A DNA stretch of 14,789 nucleotides. Origin: Octopus sinensis (Eukaryota). Within the stretch, counting starts at the first letter, position 1. Every line of letters begins with the position of its first letter. The notes under the pieces were generated by a model, which worked only from the letters and a program-made list of their open reading frames with translations, did no database searches and was not told the DNA's origin. This document shows positions 1 through 8,644 of this stretch, one piece after another. The stretch lies in assembly GCF_006345805.1 (NCBI RefSeq), contig NW_021825752.1, forward strand, positions 1 through 14,789, given 5' to 3'. Both the position numbers and the translations under genes were made by a program.

Positions 1-8
1 GGTGGTTG

Positions 9-42
9 GTAGTAGTAGTAGTAGTTGCTGTAGTAGTAGTAT

Positions 43-81
<39 letters not shown>

Positions 82-96
82 CAGCAGCAGCAGAGT

Positions 97-168
<72 letters not shown>
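9..168. repeat. (TAG)n/(AGT)n trinucleotide microsatellite with a short (CAG)n interruption
   Basis: Directly visible; explains the poly-Ser ORF 2..265. Confidence 0.97.
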
Positions 169-169
169 A

Positions 170-540
170 AAGTTATCAATAACTCTATGGATCATTTCTT
201 CTGAAATGGTAGCTATTTCTACACAAATTGCACATTTTAATTCATCAATAGATCGAAGGCGATGACTGAATACTTTTGATTTTAAATATCCCCACAAGAA
301 GAAATCACGTTTCACCATTCCAGAAAAAATGATCCATAGAGTTATCGATAACTTCCATGAATGTCTCCAACAGTGTGTTGACAATGATGGGAAACATTTA
401 GCTGATTTAATTTTTAAAACTTAATGAAATAAAATGGCATTATATGTACATTCAGAAAATAAACTTTTTGTTTTCATTATTTCTTAATTTGTGCTTTTAT
501 TAAGCCTCCAAATGTGTCAGATCATTTTGGTCCACCCACA
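170..540. mobile_element. Tc1/mariner-superfamily transposon 3' remnant (transposase C-terminus plus right TIR), internally inverted
   Basis: Minus strand 306-170 reads DFFLWGYLKSKVFSHRLRSIDELKCAICVEIATISEEMIHRVIDNF, the segment that follows the SPDLxP(C)D motif of Tc1/mariner transposases. Plus strand 314-424 reads TIPEKMIHRVIDNFHECLQQCVDNDGKHLADLIFKT*, the natural C-terminus. 510-537 (aaatgtgtcagatcattttggtccaccc) looks like a mariner-type TIR ending in (TA)n. Confidence 0.85.
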
Positions 541-592
541 TATATATATATAGATGTATGTATATATACATAGATATATTTACATATATACA
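541..592. repeat. (TA)n-rich microsatellite
   Basis: Directly visible. Confidence 0.9.
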
Positions 593-742
593 ATGGGCTT
601 CTTTCAGTCTGCGTCTACCAAATTCACTCACAAGGCTTTGGTCGGCTCGGGGCTATAGTAGAAGGTGCCACGCGGCGGGACTGTACCCTGAACCTTGTGG
701 TCGCGAAGGAAGCTTCTTTCCACACAGCCACGTCTGCACCTA
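593..742 (-). mobile_element. tRNA-derived SINE, 5' half ('family A', octopus-type)
   Basis: The reverse complement starts with a tRNA-like head (GGTGCAGACGTGGCTGTGTGG...CACAAGGTTCAGGGTACAGTCCC) and is homologous to the copy at 13040-13652. Family identity is recalled, not searched. Confidence 0.85.
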
Positions 743-782
743 TTCGTTAACTAATTCGGAAAAAACCCCGCCTAATTTGAAA

Positions 783-875
783 ATTCGAAAAATCCGCCAT
801 ACGTCCTTATAGAGAGCGATAGAGAAGTACCAGTCGAGTACCGATGTTGAGTTAATCGACCATAGCATCCAAATT
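783..875 (+). mobile_element. Old fragment of SINE 'family B'
   Basis: aagtaccagtcgagtac...taatcgac matches the body of the family B copies at 4107-4322 and 13388-13617. Confidence 0.6.
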
Positions 876-1249
876 ATTTTCAGGATATTCATCCCTACTA
901 CGGATATGAGAAATCAATATTCTATTATAGAATTCTACATATGAGGAGATTCTGTGCAAAAAAAAACAACACAAAACAAAACAAAACTAAGCATGTTTTT
1001 TATCTGATTTAAAAGATAAAAAAGAAAAGTTAGTGAAAATTCCCAGAATAACAGTGCAAAAAATATTATTATGGTATTTTTTTTTTTGTTATTTGTCGTT
1101 AATCAATGATGCTGAGAGAATAAGCGTTGCGTGAATTCGTGGTAAATATTTGTACTAAGCGCTACACAATATTTCTTTTGATTTTTAGCAACTCGTTGTA
1201 TCTCTCACCCAAATTCACACACGCACAATCTACCCATCCCCTTATGTAG

Positions 1250-1398
1250 GTATATACATAAATATGCATGTGATATATATATAGATATATATATATATAT
1301 AGAGATATATCTATATATATATATATAGGTATATATATGTATATAGATGTATATATATATTATATAATATATATATATAATATATATATATGTATATA

Positions 1399-1460
<62 letters not shown>

Positions 1461-1541
1461 ATATATATATATATGTACACACACACACACATTATATATA
1501 TAAATATATATATATATAGATATATAGATATATGTATATAT

Positions 1542-1572
<31 letters not shown>

Positions 1573-1665
1573 CAGGAGAGAGATAGATGATCTATATATG
1601 TATGTATTTATATATGTATACATATACATATATATATGTACATACGTACATACATATATACCTAC
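1250..1665. repeat. Compound (TA)n/(GATA)/(TACA) microsatellite block
   Basis: Directly visible; source of ORFs 1205..1492 and 1337..1519. Confidence 0.95.
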
Positions 1666-1731
1666 ATCTATGATATCCTAATACATTTAACTTCAGTTTT
1701 CTCTTCTATCCCTTTCTTTCACTCTATATAT

Positions 1732-1733
<2 letters not shown>

Positions 1734-1777
<44 letters not shown>

Positions 1778-1797
1778 AGTGCGTGTGTGTGTGTGCA
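1734..1797. repeat. (GT)n microsatellite
   Basis: Directly visible. Confidence 0.97.
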
Positions 1798-2030
1798 TAA
1801 GTATTTATGTGCACCTCTGTATAGATTGGATTTAAGCAAAACAGCAGATCCGTGATTCTGTAAATGGATAAGAAGGATGTAGAAAATACCTCATCGACAT
1901 AGCAGAGATATGTGAGAGATAGACAGAATTAAAACAGAATAGTTCCTGTATAGTTGTATAGTAATTGCAGCTGCACCGGGGAAGGAGCTCGGTGTGGTGT
2001 CTGCGTGGCAAATGTATATTACAAACGCAC

Positions 2031-2236
2031 TATATATATATATAATATATATATATATATACACACATTTACACATATGCACCTTCACAAATTCGCACAC
2101 AATCACACACACATATAAGTATATAAATATATATACAAATATATATATGCGAATGTATGCCTGTATGTATGCATGCATGTGTATATATATATGTATGTTT
2201 ATGTATATATATATATGTGTGTGTGTGCGTGTGTGC

Positions 2237-2275
<39 letters not shown>
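2031..2275. repeat. Compound (TA)n/(CA)n/(GT)n microsatellite block
   Basis: Directly visible; source of several Y/I/C/V-rich ORFs. Confidence 0.93.
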
Positions 2276-2276
<1 letters not shown>

Positions 2277-2756
2277 CTGTGGACGATACGTGCTTGTGTG
2301 TGTTGTTTGCTATCTAGAGCACGGCATTTAACCAATGTTCAAAACTCCATGTGCCCGATTAAACAGCAACGGATCCAACCATGAATAGAATTATAATCAT
2401 TAACTCAATATATATCCAATAGTTATCCGTCGCTATTTGGAACGGAGAGTTCATCATAAAAGAAAAAAAAATATAGATAATTCTTTTTACATTCATTCAA
2501 TGGATTATTACACGTGTTTCATTAGAGAAAATTGCATTGGTGAAAATTTCTGTTATGCAATAAAGTTTTCCCAATCAGGTTAGAACATAGTATCATGAGT
2601 GTTCAGCAAAGAAAAACAATAACCTGAAACGGGTTCGTATGTTTGACAGAATCGTCGTTTTACGTAAACCACTTCACAAGTACAACACTGTCAGAGTTAT
2701 TCTATCAGACTGCTATTATCTTTTGGTTGTTTGGTTTATACACCTTCACTGGTAAA

Positions 2757-2969
2757 GGCACATGGCTCAGTGATTAGAACATCAGGCTTACAATCATGAG
2801 GTAGTGAGTTCCGTTCCTGGACCCGGCTATGTGTTGCGTTCTTGAGCAAGAGCGACTGCTAGTCCTCCATAAGCAACCTTCCCCAGACTTGTGCTTCGGA
2901 GGAGAACTTTCTAGGTGCAATCGTGACCGAAGAGGCTCTTTACCTTTCCTACTTTACCTTACTTTACCT
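2757..2969 (+). mobile_element. tRNA-derived SINE ('family C' head) with (TTTACC)n tail
   Basis: A-box-like TGGCTCAGTGATTAG, B-box-like GAGTTCCGTTCCTGG, the GTTCTTGAGCAAG motif common to many SINE bodies, and a 3' tandem tttacc tail. Confidence 0.85.
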
Positions 2970-3183
2970 CAAATCATCTCTGAGTGAAGTGACAAAAAAT
3001 TTCATTAATGAAATGTGTATAAGAGTGTTTAGACTAAATGCGTAATCTTATCTACATTCTTGTTATTTATGTATTGGCAAACTGTGGAAAAGAGATCCTT
3101 GAAAGGGGTTTGTTAAACCGCCAATTCACGGTACTTCAGTAGGATGCCATATAAATATGGGTATAATTCAATTATAAAAATAA

Positions 3184-3325
3184 ATTAAATATAGAGATAT
3201 TCTATTGACAATCCAATAATTTATTCATATTACAACATTAAGTCCTATGAATATGATATATAACATAATAATTTATATAACATGAATAATTATAAAAACC
3301 CCAAAAGGCCAACAAGCTGTTTCGA

Positions 3326-3370
<45 letters not shown>

Positions 3371-3552
3371 GTTATGATATATATAATGGAACTGAGTTTA
3401 CGTATATCAGAAAAAAATATATACAAGTCGAAACAATTTGTAGGCCTTTTTGGTTTTTACAATTATTTATGTTATATGATATTATGTTGTTATATATTAT
3501 ATTCATAGTACATAATGTAATACTATAATATAATAGAATGTCTCTATATTTA

Positions 3553-3554
<2 letters not shown>
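3184..3554. repeat. Long imperfect inverted repeat (arms 3184-3328 and 3425-3554) around a (TA)n-containing spacer
   Basis: The reverse complement of 3425-3554 aligns end to end with 3184-3328 (attaaatatagaga...ctatgaatat...aaaaggcc.acaa..tgtttcgactt), apart from one indel of about 12-15 nt. Confidence 0.9.
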
Positions 3555-3597
<43 letters not shown>

Positions 3598-3635
3598 TAG
3601 AGAGAGAGAAAGAGAGAGCGAGAGAGAGAGAGAGA
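3553..3635. repeat. (TA)n(GA)n compound microsatellite
   Basis: Directly visible. Confidence 0.95.
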
Positions 3636-3749
3636 ATGTACTTATGTACACTTTTACACCACACTTATACCCTTGACATTATGCGAGATGATAGAGAAAT
3701 GTTTTATATGAAGTTAGTTTGTGACTCTTTAATCTTATTTCTTATGCCA

Positions 3750-3762
3750 CCGGAAGTGACGT
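3750..3762 (+). promoter_or_regulatory. Candidate ETS site overlapping a CRE half-site (CCGGAAGTGACGT)
   Basis: Exact ETS core CCGGAAGT overlapping TGACGT in otherwise AT-rich unique DNA; motif only. Confidence 0.3.
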
Positions 3763-4106
3763 TTACATTTTTCATTACTTTATCTTGAATGGAAAAATAC
3801 CAGTAATATACTGGAATCAGCTTTATTAACTACGAAAATAGATTTCTTTGTCTTGTCATGAAAATTATCAATATGTATGCGGGACCGTTTCAGCCATAAT
3901 TAGTGACTTGTGAAGCAGTCGTTTACATATCTCCAATGTATAATTCGTTCTTGGTTTATAAAATCCTGTAGATTAAAATATAGGGCATTTCAGCTTTCTG
4001 ATCTCTTAACAAGAAGAATAGAATTATTTACTATTTTTAGAATATTTATTATTTCCAGTATTATTTCCTTTGTCACTAAAACTTGATTTATTTACAAATT
4101 AACGTC

Positions 4107-4322
4107 ACGGTGACAACCTATCAGAAACATTGTCCATCTGGATGAAATGTTTAGCAACATTTTTTTCGGCTTAAAGTTCTGGGTTCAAATCCAGCTGAGA
4201 TCGACTTTGACTTTCACCTTTACGAGGTCGATAAAATAAGTACCAGTGGTACACTGGGGTGGATGTAATCGTCTAATTCCTTCCTCTAAATCCAGGCTTT
4301 CTTCCTATAATAGAAAGTATTA
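4107..4322 (+). mobile_element. tRNA-derived SINE 'family B', diverged
   Basis: B-box GGGTTCAAATCC, then tcgactttg...aaataagtaccagt...gatgtaatcg, homologous to the reverse complement of 13388-13617. Confidence 0.85.
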
Positions 4323-4620
4323 AAGATAGCAAGATTGCAGAATCGTTAGCATAAAACGTTTTGCAACATTTCTTCCGTCTTTACATTCTGAGTCCGACTT
4401 TGCCTTTCATCTTCTCGGGGTCGATATAATAAATGCAGTTAAGCGCCAGGTGGATAAAATAAATACCCGTTAGCCACTAGGGTGGATGGAATCGACTAAG
4501 CTCCACTCATTTCAAGTTGAAATACAAAACTAAGATAAGCTCCGTCACTGGTCACAGGACCAATATTTTATTCCATGCCGTTTGTCCCCTCTATGTTTAG
4601 CCCCTTGTGGGCAAGAAACA
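4323..4620 (+). mobile_element. Second family B SINE, head-to-tail with the previous copy; 3' tail fragment at about 4579-4620
   Basis: gcagaatcgttagc head and cgactttgcctttcat body. The tail tttgtcccctctatgtttagccccttgtgggcaa matches the reverse complement of 13397-13432. Confidence 0.8.
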
Positions 4621-5044
4621 GATAATGCGCTAAGGAATTAACAGCAGCTTTGGTTGGGAGAATAAACCAAACGATATCTCTTCCTATTCCAGGGTGACAT
4701 CACTTACATGAAAAGCATCCCAAAGGTTAGATTAGTCTTCGGATTATTCTTCAGATATGGTCATCATCTGACACTCTGCACAACAGCTTTCCAAGCGTAT
4801 ATTTTTACAGTGGCAACCTTTTCAAGCATTTGTTTTTTCGGACACGTTGATTAAATTTTTGTGAACAGCACAAAATATACGAATTTAATAACCAAAAAAA
4901 TCTCTATAACCTGACAAGTAACAAATCACGTTCCTAATTTAACATCGAGTTCTCAGATTCCAAATATAGTTCACTGCCAATTACCCGTAAAAAAATTAAT
5001 CCTATGATAATCATGTTTACGACTGACAACTGAGAAATCGCCAG

Positions 5045-5129
5045 TTAGTCATTAAACTTCCGTGACTCACAAAATGGCATGACTCGCAGTTTCCAGAAAT
5101 CTGCTCTTTAATGTTCTCCGTGACTCACA
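5045..5129. promoter_or_regulatory. Cluster of AP-1-type motifs (candidate enhancer)
   Basis: TGACTCA at 5063 and 5121 inside an exact 13-bp direct repeat (tccgtgactcaca), TGACTAA on the minus strand at 5045-5051, and TGACTCG at 5080. Confidence 0.35.
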
Positions 5130-5613
5130 TAAAGTATTACTTGCATACTGAGTCTTTAACTAAAATGATGAATATCTTAGACAACTCATAGATGATGGTC
5201 ATTCAGTTGGCATAAACATATTCACATTCCAAAATACGACAGCCACTTCACTCATTGTCACGATTTGTTTTCTCTTCGACCCAACTAGAGTTATCTCAGA
5301 GATCTTTGCTTCCTTATCTTATCAAAAGTGTATCCAGTCCCTGGCCTATCCCAAGCTCATGACATTTCACCCTCAAATATGACACTTAACACCTCATCCA
5401 ATCGTTCTTCGGAATTGCAACAACCTAAAACACCGAAAGGCACTCCCCAGCTAATTACATGCCGTCAAGATGACAAAACATTTAGGTCAAAACCTTGTCA
5501 GTGTCGCCTGTGAAGGGAATTGCGTGACTTTTTTAATCAAATAACAAACACAACAGCAAGAGCTACGATAAACAACAACAACGATTACTGAATGGTTTAG
5601 TCATAAAACTAAC

Positions 5614-5740
5614 CTGTCTCTTTAGAACTTGGATGTAGGTGTCCTCTGAGCGCTTCTTGTCCACAGACGTCCTTAGTCCTTAGGTAACCAACTGCGTTGC
5701 AGTCTCGCAACAATTTCACAGCCCATTCGCAAACAAACAG
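5614..5740 (-). other. Candidate exon (127 nt), unknown gene
   Basis: Donor CAG|GTTAGT, acceptor tttattttaaaag|, GC higher than flanks, and one fully open frame (LFVCEWAVKLLRDCNAVGYLRTKDVCGQEALRGHLHPSSKET). No recognised homology. Confidence 0.3.
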
Positions 5741-5801
5741 CTTTTAAAATAAATCAAGATTTTTTTTTAACAGTAATATTTGATATACATATGTGGGTGT
5801 G

Positions 5802-5804
<3 letters not shown>

Positions 5805-5842
<38 letters not shown>

Positions 5843-5960
5843 GATATATATATATATATATATGTTGTGTGTGTGTGTGTATATATATATATGTGTTGTG
5901 TGTATGTATGTTATATATATATACTATATATATATATATATATAATATACATATATATGT
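5805..5960. repeat. Compound (TA)n/(GT)n microsatellite
   Basis: Directly visible. Confidence 0.95.
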
Positions 5961-6488
5961 AATATGATATTGTGATAATTATATGATATTTATCTTATGA
6001 TTTATGATATTTTTTATGACGGTATTTATAATATAATATTATTGATATTTATTTTTCACATTATATATTTGGGAAACATAAGTGCGATTTTGTGATTTTC
6101 ATGTGTTTCCCAGTGTAAATTTAGATGAAATGTCTTTTAATCGGAATAAAGAAATCAATCATAGTTAATAGTTACTAAATGAAATGATAAGTAGATTTAT
6201 ATCTGCTCAAAATGTATGCAAATTTTGGCAATTTCTTCTAGATTATATACATACGAAATATTAACAAATGATTCATGATTTCCATAAGGAAATTTAACGA
6301 CGATATTTAGACATTGTGTGGCGTCAGCTGTAAGATAATTTTCCTCATTAAAGAGGCTCTCAAGAAAAAGTGTAAACTAAAGAAAGTTCATTTCTATATA
6401 AAGTTTGGAAAGAATTATTCATTTATAGATGAAAATTCAGGTAAAGAATTAATTTATATATAAATGCTGCTTAATAAAACGGATTTAT

Positions 6489-6609
6489 ATACGTGTTCCA
6501 TATACACTATTTATGCATACAATTTATAAAGTTACTATACATGTATATATAAATCGTTTTATTAAAGGTGGAATACTTTTTCTCATAACAATTATAAAGA
6601 TATATAAAA

Positions 6610-6656
<47 letters not shown>

Positions 6657-6717
6657 AGAATGTATAAATATATTTATAGATTTATATGCAAAGGTGATTA
6701 ATGTAGAATACACGTAT
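6489..6717. repeat. Degenerate inverted repeat (arms about 6489-6542 and 6660-6717) around a spacer containing (TA)n at 6617-6654
   Basis: Collinear matching blocks atacgtgt / tgcata / aat.tataaa / tatacat between the left arm and the reverse complement of the right arm. Confidence 0.5.
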
Positions 6718-7699
6718 GTTGTACAGTCAATGTCCCTACACATATCTACATACATATGCATGGTATTTGTGTATACATACACTCATAGTAATTTTGCACA
6801 TACATATATACAGGTATATATAAATGTTGCGAAATAAATTATGAACCCTAGTGGCCCTGATTGCTGCGACAAATTGTTTAAAAGAGATCAAGAGGGTTAC
6901 TTTTTATTACAACCAATGAAATCATTTAAGCAAGAAATTAACTTACAAGCACAAAGGACAAGGAAGATGTAATATGCCAAAGCACTCTGTAATTATTTTT
7001 AATCTTAAATTTTTTCCCCAAACATACACACCTAGACTACATTACTACCTGGATTTGAAACTTTAGTTTTAACACACACAAAATAATATGATCCAACATC
7101 CACATTATAACTACACAAACAATTCAATTTAAATATTTGAGGGCGTGATATAGGAGTCAAGCATAGTATCGTTGGATGTTACTGAGTGAAATTATATTTG
7201 ACTGAATAAAAATACTTTCAAAGTATGATGCAACCGTCACATATAATCTTTCGTGTAAGGAGACCTTGAAACTTCACTTTTCTTCTTTGTCAAGATCCAT
7301 TTTGTAATTAAGGGAGAGCAGAATGGAACTTGTCACCATAATGGGAGAACGTCGTTGATAAAGGAGTGCCATCTGCCACGGAAGAACATTCTAACTCAGC
7401 TACGCTGACTCGGTTTACTTTCTTTATTTCTTTTCTTTTTTTAAATGTCCAAGACAATTTGCAGCAGGAAACACAAAGACCAGTTCTGTTGATCAGGCTC
7501 CTTCTGCAGAAACAGTTCCGGTAAGGAAACAAGAAACTGAGTGAACGGGCGTGAAATAAATGCCAGGTTGAACGGCAATTATTTGCCTATGCTCCAGCAT
7601 GACAGCAACTTCTGATTGAGACTAGCAAAATTTAAAGTTAACGAACTTGTGTAAATTATAAAATCTCCAGTTGAAATAAATATCAGAATAAGGAGATCT

Positions 7700-8270
7700 A
7701 GCAAACATTAGCAGCAGGATTCGGGCGAGTCTGATAAAATCTTCAGTCCAGTCGTTCACAATAGATGACAATATGTCACTAAGATAAATCATTTATCTCA
7801 ACTGTACCTAAACGACTGCGCCCGGTCAGAATTTTAAAGTAGCAAGGAAATGAATCATTAATTGCTTTCTGAGAAAGATAAACTTTACAGCAGGAACTGA
7901 TTCCTTTTCCTGAATATAAAACCAGGAGAAAAATTCTGAAGACTTTCGCATCGAAGTCCGGCGTTATTACTATCTTCACATTTGTAAATGTCTTCTAATA
8001 CAACGTAGGTTACACCAATGTCTTGTAATTAATTACAAGGACACCGTCAATGCTTATACAGGTGAAACAGCTCGTAGCATAGTAGAAAATGTAATATGTC
8101 ATTAGTAAAATGCATAACAATAAATATCATTACCTTCGGAACATTCCAAAAAGAAACATGACGACTCGATGAACAATATTGAAAAGAAAATGCTAACGCA
8201 CCGCCAGGGGCCTACATAAATACAACAGAAGAAAATAATACGTTGGAATCTGAGGATTAAAAAAAAATTA
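7700..8270 (+). mobile_element. Probable highly decayed Penelope-like retroelement fragment (linker + GIY-YIG endonuclease)
   Basis: 8028-8102 reads INYKDTVNAYTGETARSIVENVICH, matching the spacing of the PLE motif I-x-C-x-D-C-x3-Y-I-G-E-T-x-R-x4-R-x2-E-H. It is preceded in a shifted frame by TNVL (cf. NVVY) and IPF...RKILKTF...TIF, and followed by SEHSKKKH. Many stops; boundaries approximate. Confidence 0.5.
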
Positions 8271-8304
8271 AAGACATACAAAATAACAACAGTCCTACAA
8301 CAGC

Positions 8305-8532
8305 AGGCTCTCATTAAGCCGGCTCTTGGAGTCGGTGGCGTACATATTCCCCCACTGGAGGACACACCGGTCCGTCACCAGATTATTCATTTTTGACAGA
8401 TGAGTAAACTGGAATGATGGGAAATTAAACGTGTTGCGTCAGACCACAAAGCACTGCCCGGTCCAGGAATGGAAACCACAATTTTACGATTAGTGAGTGC
8501 AACGCTCTAACCTGAACACTAAGCCACAGGCC
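8305..8532 (-). mobile_element. tRNA-derived SINE ('family C' head, different 3' half from 2757-2969)
   Basis: The reverse complement starts GGCCTGTGGCTTAGTG..GGTTAGAGCG...GGTTTCCATTCCTGGACCGG, and the body has GACGGACCGGTGTGTCCTCCAGTGGGG. Confidence 0.85.
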
Positions 8533-8569
8533 GAGGGGCTTCTATTCATGTATCTGTGTTTCTCTGTAG

Positions 8570-8644
8570 GACTAAAATTTTACGAAATTCATTTACAGCA
8601 TTGAACGAGGACGACTCCCTAAAAATGATTGAATCAGCCATTCG
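8570..8644 (+). other. Candidate 75-nt symmetric (phase 2-2) coding exon, unknown gene
   Basis: Acceptor tatctgtgtttctctgtag|G, donor TCG|gtaaat; the only open frame gives TKILRNSFTALNEDDSLKMIESAI(R). Confidence 0.35.

Noticed and set aside
2999-3014. Perfect 16-bp palindrome atttcattaatgaaat
   Set aside because: Almost entirely A/T and with no associated feature; plausible by chance.
5163-5420. About 73-codon Met-less open frame (DEYLRQLIDDGHSVGINIF...MTFHPQI) faintly like LINE or PLE RT segments
   Set aside because: No diagnostic motif with correct spacing; a profile search would be needed.
7568-7632. LNGNYLPML read as the PLE RT 'NGxLPFLD' motif
   Set aside because: It overlaps tgctccagcatgacagc, which matches the 3' end of the family A SINE, so the peptide similarity is probably coincidental.
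7779-7979. Minus-strand ORF with a BTB-like stretch (PDFDAKVFRIFLLVLYSGK) and an upstream GPCR TM3-like stretch (CISIDGVLVI)
   Set aside because: Flanking sequence does not continue either fold, stops intervene, and the opposite strand is better explained as a PLE remnant.
8242-8289. Hammerhead-like arrangement after the PLE fossil (gttggaat CTGAGGA ttaa...ttaa agac...ataacaac)
   Set aside because: The position suits a pLTR ribozyme, but the GAAA core and NUH cleavage triplet are missing and stem III cannot form; at best a dead relic.
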